A stretch of DNA of 64,000 nt from Pseudomonadota bacterium (GTDB lineage Bacteria; Desulfobacterota; Binatia; Binatales; Binataceae), in NCBI GenBank assembly GCA_021323945.1, contig JAJPKA010000017.1:31990-95989 (forward strand). Direction: 5' to 3'. The notes beneath the pieces are model-generated. The model was not told the DNA's origin. It searched no databases and was given only the letters and a program-made list of their open reading frames with translations. Of this stretch, positions 1 through 8,829 are shown one piece after another (the first letter of the stretch is position 1; every line of letters starts with the position of its first letter). Position numbers and translations under genes: made by a program.

Positions 1-874
1 TTTTGTCGGGATACGCACGCGATGCCTGGGCTGCAAGCCAGATCAGTTCCCGTTGAACCGAGCGCGGCGGAGCCAATGCCAACGCTCTTCTAATCTCGTC
101 CAAAGAGCCTCGATTTTGACCCTCGCGCAACAGTAACGCTGCCTCGCCTCGATGATACTCAAGGGGCGCGACTACAATAATTTCCGGGTGTGAGCCAACA
201 ATAGCGTGAGCAAGCTTCCTGGCAGCTGCGTCGACGGGCCCGGTCGGAAATTTCTGACGAATGCTCTGAGCCTCGGTGTACGCGGCACGCCAATCACCGG
301 CGGCAAGCAGAGCAGAGGCGAGGACTAGGCGTGCATCCTGTTCGATGGCGTCGTCTTTGGTGATCCTGACGACCTCGGTCGCCGCTGCCAACGCGTAGTC
401 TGGGCGTCCAAGCTTAAGTTGCAAGCGCGCATATTCCAGACCGGCCTGATCGCGCCAGACACTCTGCGGGTAATTCAGCGTCAAGCGGCGAAAATCATTA
501 GCCGCGTCGTTGCTGTCACCGCTATCGCGCTCGGCGGATGCCAGGTAGAAAAGCGCATAATCGGCGAGGGTGGGGCATTGCCGGACGGCGATGCGCATGC
601 GTTGGATCGTAATTCGCGGGTCGCGCTGCTGATAGGCATGATAACCCTCCACAAAAATCCTTGCAGCTGCTGATTCAGCCGCTGCGCAGTCCGACGCCCG
701 CACCGGCGTGAATTCGACTGGCAGTTGCCGCGGTGGAGTCGCTTCCGATGGATAAGCGATAGCCGCAGGACTTCCTCCGGGTACGGCTGTAAAGATCGAG
801 CACCAGATCAACAGCCATGTCCAATGGAAAACTCGCGCCGTCAATTGGTTAGTTTTCTGCTCAGGAAGTTTCAA
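1..874 (-). CDS. Secreted helical-repeat protein, N-terminal part (gene continues left of the window); possibly a soluble lytic murein transglycosylase
   Basis: Absent from the ORF track because its stop lies outside the window. My translation of the minus strand from TTG at 844 (or TTG at 874, right after an in-frame TAG) stays open to base 1, more than 280 codons. It starts with a signal-like TARVFHWTWLLIWCSIFTAVPGGS. Ala/Leu/Arg-rich helical repeats follow (DYALFYLASAERD..NDFRRLTLNYPQSVWRDQAGLEYARLQLKLGRPDYALAAA). The function is only an architectural guess. Confidence 0.55.
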   Translation of the reverse strand, partial: MKLPEQKTNQLTARVFHWTWLLIWCSIFTAVPGGSPAAIAYPSEATPPRQLPVEFTPVRASDCAAAESAAARIFVEGYHAYQQRDPRITIQRMRIAVRQCPTLADYALFYLASAERDSGDSNDAANDFRRLTLNYPQSVWRDQAGLEYARLQLKLGRPDYALAAATEVVRITKDDAIEQDARLVLASALLAAGDWRAAYTEAQSIRQKFPTGPVDAAARKLAHAIVGSHPEIIVVAPLEYHRGEAALLLREGQNRGSLDEIRRALALAPPRSVQRELIWLAAQASRAYPDK

Positions 875-950
875 CTAAGCTGGCTACGCCGTCGTTTCCT
901 ACCCCAACTGAAGTTTTCCTTCTAAGATCCTAACTGTAGACTAAGGTGCG

Positions 951-1532
951 ATGTCAGTTACTAGTTTGATTCTGGCTTCGGCATCGCCCCGGCGCAAGGC
1001 GCTCCTCAGCGGCGCCCGACTCGCATTTGAGACAATCGAGAGCGGCATAGACGAGCAAGTCGTCCCGGGCGAACCCGCGCGCCATTATGCTCTGCGCATG
1101 GCTCGCGCCAAGGCGCTCGCGGTTTCGAAGCGGGCCCCGCAGGCGCTCGTCCTCGGCGCGGATACGGTTGTCGTGTGTGGAGATGAAATCCTGCTCAAGC
1201 CGGTCGACGAGCACGAGGCGCATCAAATGCTCGCCCGACTTTCGGGCCGCACTCATGAAGTTATCACGGCCTACGCTTTAGCCTCGGCGGAAACTATTCT
1301 CGAGGCTAACGCGGTTGTCAGTGAGGTTACATTCCAGCCGCTCAGCGACCAGCAGATCGCAGAATATATCGCGACTGGCGAACCTTTCGACAAGGCTGGC
1401 GCCTACGGCATTCAGGGTAAAGGAGCGCACTTTATTGCGAAACTTAAAGGATCGCGGGAAAACGTGATGGGCCTGCCGGTTCGCGAGGTCGTCTCGGCCC
1501 TCGCCCGTTTTGGTGTGGTGCCGGAAACATAA
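951..1532 (+). CDS. maf: Maf-like nucleoside triphosphate pyrophosphatase (septum formation protein Maf)
   Basis: LILASASPRRKALL at the N-terminus, GADTVV, and FDKAGAYGIQG near the C-terminus are the typical Maf motifs. Length is 193 aa. Confidence 0.9.
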   Translation: MSVTSLILASASPRRKALLSGARLAFETIESGIDEQVVPGEPARHYALRMARAKALAVSKRAPQALVLGADTVVVCGDEILLKPVDEHEAHQMLARLSGRTHEVITAYALASAETILEANAVVSEVTFQPLSDQQIAEYIATGEPFDKAGAYGIQGKGAHFIAKLKGSRENVMGLPVREVVSALARFGVVPET

Positions 1533-1546
1533 ATAGCAAACTTGCG

Positions 1547-2233
1547 ATGCTACCGAAAAATCAGATCGCCGAGCGCCTCGCCGCGGTGCAGGTCAGAATG
1601 GTTGATGCGGCGAGGCGGGCGGGCCGCGAGCCGAGCTCAGTGCGGCTGGTGCTCGCGAGCAAGACCCAGCCACCAGAAGCGCTAGCGGCTGCTTTCGCTG
1701 CTGGTGCGCGCGAGTTCGGGGAAAATTACGTGCAAGAGGGGGTAATTAAACGCGCCGCGCTGAGCGAATTGGACATTCGCTGGCACCTGATCGGGCATCT
1801 GCAGACCAACAAGGCCCGCGCTGCAGTACGAACCTTCAGCCTTATCCAGACGCTCGACAGTGAACGGTTAGCAGCTGCGCTGTTCCGCTTACATCCGACG
1901 CCCCTAATGCCCGTGTTAATCGAGATCAATTTGGCGGGTGAAAGCTCGAAAGCCGGGATCTCTCCGGAACGAGCTGAGGCATTTATTAATTCGGTTCGTC
2001 AGCAGGTTGATATCCAAGGGCTGATGGCGATTCCCCCGCCTGTGGCTGAGGATAGAGCGCGCCAGTTTTTCAGGCAACTGCGAGAGCTTCGCGACCGCCT
2101 CGCCGCTCGAACCGGTCTGACCCTGCCCGAACTATCAATGGGTATGACTGATGATTTCGAAGCGGCGATCCTTGAGGGGGCTACAATAGTGCGAGTCGGC
2201 CGAGCTGTTTTTGGTGAACGCAAAGAGGGTTGA
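1547..2233 (+). CDS. yggS: YggS-family pyridoxal-phosphate homeostasis protein
   Basis: LVLASKTQ (PLP lysine), FGENYVQE, WHLIGHLQTNK and LSMGMTDDFEAAI..GATIVRVGRAVFG match the YggS/YBL036C family. It sits in the usual yggS-proC-yggT context. Confidence 0.9.
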   Translation: MLPKNQIAERLAAVQVRMVDAARRAGREPSSVRLVLASKTQPPEALAAAFAAGAREFGENYVQEGVIKRAALSELDIRWHLIGHLQTNKARAAVRTFSLIQTLDSERLAAALFRLHPTPLMPVLIEINLAGESSKAGISPERAEAFINSVRQQVDIQGLMAIPPPVAEDRARQFFRQLRELRDRLAARTGLTLPELSMGMTDDFEAAILEGATIVRVGRAVFGERKEG

Positions 2234-2293
2234 CGCCGCCCATCGTTCAATCTGTTCAATCAAGGCGATGTCCTTCAAGTGGGAGAAGACCGA

Positions 2294-3181
2294 ATGAAGA
2301 AGCTGGGCTTCGTCGGTGGTGGGAATATGGCCGAAGCTTTAATCCGAGGCCTCATCAACAATCGCGTGTTTGCGGCTTCTGATTTGATCGCTTCGGATGT
2401 CGACCCTAGCCGCCGACAGCGCCTTAAACGACTCTTCAAGTTGGAGGTTACGGATACCAATGACAGGCTGGTACGCGAGGCCCGCGCTCTGGTGCTAGCC
2501 GTCAAACCGCAGAACATCGCCGAGGCATTGACCCAAATTCGGGCCGCGGCGGAACAGCAGGTTGCTGACCGGACCAACAAAAGCGAGCGCGTCTCCCGAC
2601 GGCACACCAAGCGGCAGTCGCCGGGAACTCTCCTCCAGCAACGGCTGTTCATCTCGATCGTGGCCGGCGTGACCATCGCACGCCTAAGCGACGCACTTGG
2701 GCCGCGCGTCCGCATCATCCGGGTGATGCCGAACGCGCCCGCGATGGTCGGTGAGGGGATGGCTGCCATCGTGCGAGGGGCCGCCGCAACCCGCGCTGAC
2801 GAAGCATTCACCCTAAAAATCTTCAAGGCGGTAGGCGATGCCGTCGTTGTTAGGGACGAAAGGATGCTGGATGCGGTTACCGCGCTCAGCGGAAGCGGAC
2901 CGGCGTATGTTTATCTGTTCGCCAAGGCGTTGGCCGATGCGGCTGTGGCCGAAGGATTACCGCCGGAATTGGCGCTGCGCATGGCATTGAAGACTATTCG
3001 CGGTGCAGAGAGTAACATGCGCCAGTCGAAACTGGATGCAACCGAACTGATCCGACTCGTTGCGTCGCCGGGCGGGACCACCGAAGCCGCCTTGCGTAAG
3101 TTCGTCGAAGCCCGCTTTTCTGATATTGTAGCAGACGCATTACATGCGGCCGCTGAACGGTCGCGCGAGCTCGGCCGATAG
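2294..3181 (+). CDS. proC: Pyrroline-5-carboxylate reductase
   Basis: MKKLGFVGGGNMAEALIRGL (Rossmann loop), VKPQ, RVMPNAPAMVGEG, LSGSGPAYVYLF and VASPGGTTEAAL. ATG at 2294 follows GGGAGAAG, whereas the track ORF starts at GTG 2279. It contains an unusual insertion of about 25 aa (see findings). Confidence 0.9.
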   Translation: MKKLGFVGGGNMAEALIRGLINNRVFAASDLIASDVDPSRRQRLKRLFKLEVTDTNDRLVREARALVLAVKPQNIAEALTQIRAAAEQQVADRTNKSERVSRRHTKRQSPGTLLQQRLFISIVAGVTIARLSDALGPRVRIIRVMPNAPAMVGEGMAAIVRGAAATRADEAFTLKIFKAVGDAVVVRDERMLDAVTALSGSGPAYVYLFAKALADAAVAEGLPPELALRMALKTIRGAESNMRQSKLDATELIRLVASPGGTTEAALRKFVEARFSDIVADALHAAAERSRELGR

Positions 3182-3214
3182 CAAATAGCAGAAGATGATG
3201 GAGATGTCGCAGTC

Positions 3215-3532
3215 GTGCTTCATCCAAGCTTGGCTCAAACCATAGTCTATATATTGTCGAGCTTACTTCAGCTATATCTTTGGCTTGTGATAATCTCGGC
3301 GATCCTGTCCTGGATTCAACCCAGTCCGTACAGCCCGATTTACCCATTGGTAAACTTTGTCTATGCGGTAACTGACCCGGTCTTTGACTTCGTCCGTGAG
3401 CATCTGCCTGTCGTGTTTGGCGGTATTGACCTGTCACCGATGGTAGTGATCGTGGTAATTTGGTTTCTCCAAATGTGGCTGTTGCCAACATTGGGGAATC
3501 TGCTGACTCCGGGATCTTATGGGATAGGTTGA
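3215..3532 (+). CDS. yggT: YggT-family integral membrane protein
   Basis: 105-aa hydrophobic protein directly after proC. It has two TM segments and the YggT-like pattern (LLQLYLWLVIISAILSW..P..NP). Confidence 0.8.
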   Translation: MLHPSLAQTIVYILSSLLQLYLWLVIISAILSWIQPSPYSPIYPLVNFVYAVTDPVFDFVREHLPVVFGGIDLSPMVVIVVIWFLQMWLLPTLGNLLTPGSYGIG

Positions 3533-3627
3533 ATTTCAGCGCTGGTAACTCTGGTAACTATCGTCGCGCAGGGCAGTCGATGGACGAATCTTACTTTTAA
3601 TAACTAGGTTTGAGGGGAGATACTTCA

Positions 3628-4713
3628 TTGAAAGTTGGTGGCGCAGTCATTTTCCAAAACCCGTATGATCAGCTCTCTGATTACGACGTATACCGAAACG
3701 AGCTCAGGATCGGTGACCTTTACGAGCCGCTTGGCTTTGACTCGCTCTGGAGTGTCGAACATCATTTCGATGACTACACGATGTGTCCGGACGTGCTTCA
3801 GTTTTTGAGCTACTACGCTGGTCGCACGAAAAACATTCAGCTCGGTTCGATGGTGGTGGTCTTGCCATGGAACAATCCAATGCGGGTGGCGGAGCAGGTT
3901 TCAGTCGTCGATCATTACTCTAACGGCCGAGTGATACTCGGTTTGGGTCGCGGGCTCGCGCGGATCGAGTTTGAGGGTTTCGGTGTGAGTCTGTCGGAGT
4001 CGCGCGAGCGCTTTATCGAGTATGCCACGATGATTATCGAGGGGCTCGAAAGAGGATACTGCGAGTTCGATGGTAAGTACCTCAAGCAGGTCCGACGCGA
4101 TATTCGCCCCAAGCCATTCAAGTCGTTTAGGGGCCGGACATACGCAGCAGCAGTATCGCCCGAATCAGCGCGCATTATGGCGAAGCTAGGAATCGGCATC
4201 CTGCTTATTCCTCAGAAGCCGTGGGAGGCGGTGGCGCAGGAACTATCCGAGTATCGGACAATCTACAAGCAGGTAAACGGCGGGGAAGCCCTGCCAACCA
4301 TCGCGGCTGGTTGGGTTTTCTGTGACAGGAATGCCGAGAAGGCTCGCGAAATGGCGTTCAAGTACATCGGGGGCTATTGGAACAGCGCTTTGCGCCATTA
4401 TGAGATGACGAGCGAACACTTCGGCAAGGCCAAAGGCTATGAGTATTACGAGCAGATGGCCAAAAACCTCCAAGGTGCCGGCAAGGACGCTTCAGTTGAG
4501 TATTTTCTGAACTTGCAGGTCTGGGGCACGCCTGAGATGTGCTTCAACAAGATTAACGACATCCGAAAGCGGGTTAATGCAGACCATTTTACCGGCGTAT
4601 TCAGTTACGCCGGAATGCCATACGAGCAAGCTGAGGCGAGTCTCCGGCTATTTGCTCAAGAAGTAATGCCTGAACTCAAAAAGCTCAATGGGACTCAAGC
4701 CGAAGCAGCCTGA
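3628..4713 (+). CDS. LLM-class (luciferase-like) flavin-dependent oxidoreductase
   Basis: GFDSLWSVEHHF, GRVILGLGRG and an overall size of about 360 aa fit a luciferase-like monooxygenase. The start is probably TTG 3628, preceded by GAGGGGAGA. The track ORF starts at 3610. Confidence 0.8.
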   Translation: MKVGGAVIFQNPYDQLSDYDVYRNELRIGDLYEPLGFDSLWSVEHHFDDYTMCPDVLQFLSYYAGRTKNIQLGSMVVVLPWNNPMRVAEQVSVVDHYSNGRVILGLGRGLARIEFEGFGVSLSESRERFIEYATMIIEGLERGYCEFDGKYLKQVRRDIRPKPFKSFRGRTYAAAVSPESARIMAKLGIGILLIPQKPWEAVAQELSEYRTIYKQVNGGEALPTIAAGWVFCDRNAEKAREMAFKYIGGYWNSALRHYEMTSEHFGKAKGYEYYEQMAKNLQGAGKDASVEYFLNLQVWGTPEMCFNKINDIRKRVNADHFTGVFSYAGMPYEQAEASLRLFAQEVMPELKKLNGTQAEAA

Positions 4714-4855
4714 GGACCCTGCGTCGCCGGCGCCACCGGACGTATCGTGGTCTGGCGGCAGCGCCGTGATAACCGGGTTATCTCTGGTCATGGGCTCGCT
4801 CTCGGGCGGTTAGCTTGCCGCCTCAGGAAAGGTTATTCGGGCAGTGGTGCCAGAC

Positions 4856-5767
4856 TCACTCTCGGGCCATTGCTCGGATAGCTTCCTCAGTCTCAATTTG
4901 AGGTTCCCACCCTAGAATCTCACGTGCCTGAGTAAGATCTGCCAGAGTATCTCGTGCGTCGCCGGGCCGCGGCGCCACGTGGATCGTGGAACCGCCGACT
5001 AACTCTGCGACCCGGTTCACGCTGAGATTGCGGCCTCGGCCGATGTTAATCGCGCGGCCGTCGGCCACTTTACTATCCATGGCGAGAATATTAGCCCGCA
5101 CAACGTCGCTTACGTGTGTGAAGTCGCGCGTCTGCGTACCGTCGCCGTGGATCGTCAGTGGCTCGCCGGCGCGCTTCTGGCGAAGAAATACACTAATTAC
5201 CGTAACGTACGCACCCTCAGTGGCCATTCGCGGACCGAAGACGTTGAAATAGCGCAGAACAAGGGTCTCGAGGCCGAACAGTCTATGAAAAATACGCATG
5301 TAGTGTTCGCCCGTCAGCTTTTGCAGCGCGTACGGATTAAGCGGATTCGGCGCCATGGCTTCTGTCAACGGCAAGACCGGCTGATTGCCATAAACTGAGG
5401 ACGAACCGGAGTAGATCACGCGGCGCACTCTGCAGTCGCGCGCCGCGACCAGCACATTGAGGGTTCCCACCACATTTACAATGTGTGTTTCCACCGGACG
5501 CTCAATCGAGAGCATCACGCGCGGCATCGCCGCTGTGTGGAAAACGCACTCCGCATTATTGAATGCCGGGAGCAAGGATTTGGGATCGCGGATATCGGCG
5601 ACCACCAGTTCCGCTGCAGGATGCAGATACTCCCGTCGACCGGTTGCCAGATTGTCGACTACACGCACGCGCAGGCCTTTGGCGATCAGTGCTTCGACCA
5701 GGTGGGAGCCTATAAAACCGGCCCCGCCCGTTACCACTACTGTTCGCGGCGATCGACCCTCAGACAT
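4856..5767 (-). CDS. NAD-dependent epimerase/dehydratase (UDP-glucose 4-epimerase-like SDR)
   Basis: VVVTGGAGFIGSHLVEAL glycine loop, a YxxxK-type segment (YALQKL) and 303 aa. Confidence 0.85.
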   Translation of the reverse strand: MSEGRSPRTVVVTGGAGFIGSHLVEALIAKGLRVRVVDNLATGRREYLHPAAELVVADIRDPKSLLPAFNNAECVFHTAAMPRVMLSIERPVETHIVNVVGTLNVLVAARDCRVRRVIYSGSSSVYGNQPVLPLTEAMAPNPLNPYALQKLTGEHYMRIFHRLFGLETLVLRYFNVFGPRMATEGAYVTVISVFLRQKRAGEPLTIHGDGTQTRDFTHVSDVVRANILAMDSKVADGRAINIGRGRNLSVNRVAELVGGSTIHVAPRPGDARDTLADLTQAREILGWEPQIETEEAIRAMARE

Positions 5768-5794
5768 GCTGAATTGTTGTTGAGCTCGGAAAGA

Positions 5795-6358
5795 TCAGAG
5801 CGAGAATCCAAAACCGCCACCAACAAACCCAATGCCGGGACCAAAGCCGAAACCCACACCTGGACCAAATCCTCCACCTGGAGGTCCCCAGGGCCCAAAC
5901 GCCTGTTGGTAGCGTCGGGCCTCCAATGCCTGCCGGTCATTTTTTGCAGTCTGGTTATCCTTTTTCAGCAGCTCAAACCGATCGTACGCGGCCTGATCGC
6001 CATGAAAAAGGCAACCACAATAAGCAGGGTCCGCCAACCAATAATTCGTTACCCCATGTTGGTCGACATAATAACCTAGCTTCATTGCGGGCAGTGTTTC
6101 CAACCGACTCTTCTGCTCTGGGGTGGAAGCGGGAAGAGACTCAAAACCCGCGGTCTCGAGCATCGGCTCAATTTCTTGGGCCACCTCTTGAGGGGTCTCC
6201 GTTGGGCTGACACCTATGAGCGGATTGCTGCTAAGCGGGTTGCTGGTTGCGCAGCCTCCCAGCAGTAACATCACGATACCTGAGCAAATCGCGGCAAAGC
6301 GCCTAACCCGCGCGCTCCTGTCTGCTTCCCGGAGAGAGTCTGTCGGTCTTCGACGCAT
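5795..6358 (-). CDS. Hypothetical lipoprotein with a glycine-rich C-terminal tail
   Basis: The signal peptide ends in the lipobox LLLGGC. The C-terminus is GPWGPPGGGFGPGVGFGFGPGIGFVGGGFGFSL. I recognise no family. Confidence 0.6.
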   Translation of the reverse strand: MRRRPTDSLREADRSARVRRFAAICSGIVMLLLGGCATSNPLSSNPLIGVSPTETPQEVAQEIEPMLETAGFESLPASTPEQKSRLETLPAMKLGYYVDQHGVTNYWLADPAYCGCLFHGDQAAYDRFELLKKDNQTAKNDRQALEARRYQQAFGPWGPPGGGFGPGVGFGFGPGIGFVGGGFGFSL

Positions 6359-6519
6359 AATCTAGAACCTAGCATCTCATGCACGTGGATGGCTGAGCAA
6401 ATGCTGCTGTTCGTGACATCAGCTGGGACAGGCGGAGTTGGATGCGAGACAGTGTGCAGCTTCTTCATAAGACAAGATTGAACGTCCGGTAGGCTACAAT
6501 AACAGCCAGGCAGTGAATA

Positions 6520-7245
6520 TTAATCGGCGGTCGTGCCGCTGCAGTCGCATGGGATGTCAACCTGCCTCCGACGCAATTGACGCGCGACACAAGCGAAACC
6601 ATCGAACTCCAGCAGGGTCGGAGAGGGAAGCGGGCGTACCTTTGAAAGTATTTTGAACGCCTCAGTTGCTGCGACCATGGTGACGAAACCGCTATTGCTT
6701 TCCTCGGGAGCCGCCGACCCTAAGAGATCGACGTCGGCACAAGCGGGACAGGGCGGAAGCGCTGTCATCATCGCGATGCGCCCAGGCTGGTCGCGACGGC
6801 AGAAGAGGACTGGAATTTTCGCACGAAAGAGCCCCGGCACAAGCAGCGCGGGCTCCGGGCTCCGGCCGACTAGAACCGCCAGGTCTAAACCACTGAAGCT
6901 TTCCAAGGCGGGCTTGACGGTTGTTTCAGGGTTGAGCTGAGATGCGCCCGTGGCCAGATCGTCCAGTTTAGATTCCTCACCAGGTGGAAGCTGCAAGCGG
7001 ATTTCACCGACACCGGCGCCGACCATGTATGAGAGAACCGGCGCTACGTCAGCGGCCCTGCCAACCAGTAGAAGTCGCGATGATAGAAGGCGCTCCTGTG
7101 CAGTTCCGCCGACACCTGGGACGATAATCTGGCGTGCGTAGCGATCTATCTGTTCGTTGTTCAGGACCATCCGATTGTTGTTCAGACCGAACCTGATATC
7201 GATATGTCCCCCCGTTCCCGGCGAGGCTGAATGTTGTCCGGTCAC
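6520..7245 (-). CDS. ThiF/MoeB-family paralogue with a degenerate nucleotide-binding site (probably non-catalytic)
   Basis: It keeps the N-terminal IDRYARQI motif and two Cys pairs (CPAC, CDC). The GxGxxG loop reads VGRAADVA. The DxDxVxxSNLxRQ and DxTDN motifs are absent. It is the last gene of the sulfur-carrier operon. Confidence 0.65.
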   Translation of the reverse strand: MTGQHSASPGTGGHIDIRFGLNNNRMVLNNEQIDRYARQIIVPGVGGTAQERLLSSRLLLVGRAADVAPVLSYMVGAGVGEIRLQLPPGEESKLDDLATGASQLNPETTVKPALESFSGLDLAVLVGRSPEPALLVPGLFRAKIPVLFCRRDQPGRIAMMTALPPCPACADVDLLGSAAPEESNSGFVTMVAATEAFKILSKVRPLPSPTLLEFDGFACVARQLRRRQVDIPCDCSGTTAD

Positions 7246-7312
7246 CCCTTAATCGGGCTCGACGTTAATGCAACGCGATGGTGAGCCGGTCGCCGAGACA
7301 ACGGATCAAGGA

Positions 7313-7558
7313 TTATTCGATAATATTTTTCTCGATGGGCTCGACGGTTACCCCGATTTGTCTGAGCCACGCCAAAGCGCGTTCGATCTGCTCCTGTGTC
7401 CCTTCGAATTCGACGGCCACCAAGCCCATATCTTCGGAGACGCTTGCACCCCGGATGTTGAACATGAGGTCGAACTTTTTGACCAGCTGGTAGAGAATAG
7501 GCTCTTTAATCAGAACCTTGGGATAACTCAGGTAATAGCGCTCGCGGGTACGTTCCAT
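7313..7558 (-). CDS. Stand-alone NIL-domain protein
   Basis: MERTRERYYLSYPKVLIKEPILYQLVKKFDLMFNIRGASVSEDMGLVAVEFEGTQEQIERALAWLRQIGVTVEPI has the beta-alpha-beta NIL pattern known from the MetN C-terminus. ATG at 7558 was verified in the sequence. It overlaps the cysM-like stop (7528-7530) by 31 nt. The track ORF starts at 7612. Confidence 0.65.
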   Translation of the reverse strand: MERTRERYYLSYPKVLIKEPILYQLVKKFDLMFNIRGASVSEDMGLVAVEFEGTQEQIERALAWLRQIGVTVEPIEKNIIE

Positions 7559-8574
7559 TTGTCCATGAACCGCTGCATCCGTTCGCGGCGCCAATCTTGC
7601 CATCCGATCCATAAATTCGTCGAGAGGTACTTGTCACCGAAGTCTGGAAAAACCGTGACCACGCATCCTTCCTTCAATTTGCGCGCAAGGCTTAGCGCGG
7701 CGACCATTGCTGCGCCCGAGGATTGGCCGACCAAGAGACCTTCCACTTGGCCTAGACCGTAAACCATTTCGTAAGCGTCGTCGGTGCTGACCTGAATCTT
7801 CTCATCGATCTCATCCTCGTGATAGATCCCGGGAACGATGGAGCTGGCCATGTGCTTGAGTCCTTCCAAGCCGTGCATGGCGTCGTCGGGCTCGATTGCG
7901 ATAACCCTGATCTCGGGATTTCGCGACTTGAGATAACGACCTGTTCCCATGATGGTACCGCCAGTACCAATCGCAGCGAGGAAGTGAGTTATTCGGCCCT
8001 CGGTCTGGCGCCAAATCTCAGGGCCCGTCGATTCGAAGTGGGCCAGTGGATTGGCTTCGTTATTGTATTGATCGGGCTTGAAGTAGCGCTGCGGATCGCT
8101 GGCAACTATTTTACGCGCCAACAAAATAGCGCCATCGGAGCCTTCCATCGGATCGGAATAGATTACCTTGGCGCCGAAAGCCTGAATAATTCTTTTACGT
8201 TCGCGGCTAACGTTTGCGGGAATTACGATTTCGACCGGATAGCCAAGTACGCTCCCGATCATCGCCAACGCAATGCCGGTATTGCCGGAACTCGAGTCAA
8301 TGATGGTTTTGCCCGGTCTCAGATCACCGCGCGCCAAGGCGACTTCGATCATCTTGCGGACCGCACGATCCTTGACTGATCCTCCCGGATTAAAGCCTTC
8401 GAGCTTCGCGTACAGACGCACGCCCGGTCGGAGTAGACCGGCCGTCAAGCGCGTGATCTCCAGGAGAGGCGTATTGCCGATAAGTTCTAGCACGCTAGCG
8501 GCTCGTAAGGTGGGGACCGCCTCGCTGCTAGTTGCCGCCGGCGATCGCCGGAACGATTGAAATGTCGTCGCCAT
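7528..8574 (-). CDS. cysM: Cysteine synthase family PLP enzyme (CysM-like, candidate carrier-thiocarboxylate-dependent sulfhydrylase)
   Basis: LIGNTPLLEI, LEGFNPGGSVKDRA (PLP lysine), SSGNTGIALA and GTGGTIMGTGRYLK. It sits immediately downstream of a MoaD-like carrier, as cysO-cysM does in Mycobacterium. The start is uncertain because 8574 overlaps the carrier gene by 47 nt. Confidence 0.8.
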   Translation of the reverse strand: MATTFQSFRRSPAATSSEAVPTLRAASVLELIGNTPLLEITRLTAGLLRPGVRLYAKLEGFNPGGSVKDRAVRKMIEVALARGDLRPGKTIIDSSSGNTGIALAMIGSVLGYPVEIVIPANVSRERKRIIQAFGAKVIYSDPMEGSDGAILLARKIVASDPQRYFKPDQYNNEANPLAHFESTGPEIWRQTEGRITHFLAAIGTGGTIMGTGRYLKSRNPEIRVIAIEPDDAMHGLEGLKHMASSIVPGIYHEDEIDEKIQVSTDDAYEMVYGLGQVEGLLVGQSSGAAMVAALSLARKLKEGCVVTVFPDFGDKYLSTNLWIGWQDWRRERMQRFMDKWNVPASAIT

Positions 8575-8806
8575 CCTTCACCTTGGAGGTGAGCTGGTCG
8601 AGGAAGCGGATGTCGTCACCGTTCAAGTAGATATTAACGAACCGGCGCAACTCGCCTTTGTCGTCAAGCAGTCGTTCGCGCATTCCGGGGTGGCGGCGTT
8701 CCATATCCTCGATCACGGCCAGAATCGAGTCACCCTCAGCCGTAATTTCATCGTTGCCACCAGTGAAACGCCTAAGCGGTGTGGGAACACGAACTCTGAT
8801 TGGCAT
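8528..8806 (-). CDS. MoaD/ThiS-family sulfur carrier protein
   Basis: 92 aa with a beta-grasp pattern (VRVPTPLRRFTGG..., VNIYLNGDDI, DGDDISIVPAIAGGN). The Gly-Gly is followed by one extra residue (Asn) before the stop. I verified this by translating 8528-8560. Confidence 0.8.
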   Translation of the reverse strand: MPIRVRVPTPLRRFTGGNDEITAEGDSILAVIEDMERRHPGMRERLLDDKGELRRFVNIYLNGDDIRFLDQLTSKVKDGDDISIVPAIAGGN

Positions 8807-8829
8807 ACCTTAAACTTAACCTCCTCTGT

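Noticed and set aside
419-925. Plus-strand ORFs 419-673 and 725-925 at the left edge
   Set aside because: They lie opposite a minus-strand frame of more than 280 codons that is open to the window edge and has a signal peptide and helical repeats. The plus-strand translations look random.
2275-2826. A 183-aa minus-strand ORF overlapping proC. The same class includes 954-1256, 22935-23588, 24415-24957, 25144-25737 and 58769-59386.
   Set aside because: All lie antisense to genes with strong family motifs, and all have low-complexity, Arg-rich translations.
3541-3560. A tandem duplication CTGGTAACT-CTGGTAACT after yggT
   Set aside because: It is only two 9-nt copies in an intergenic spacer. It is too short to call a repeat element or binding site without comparative data.
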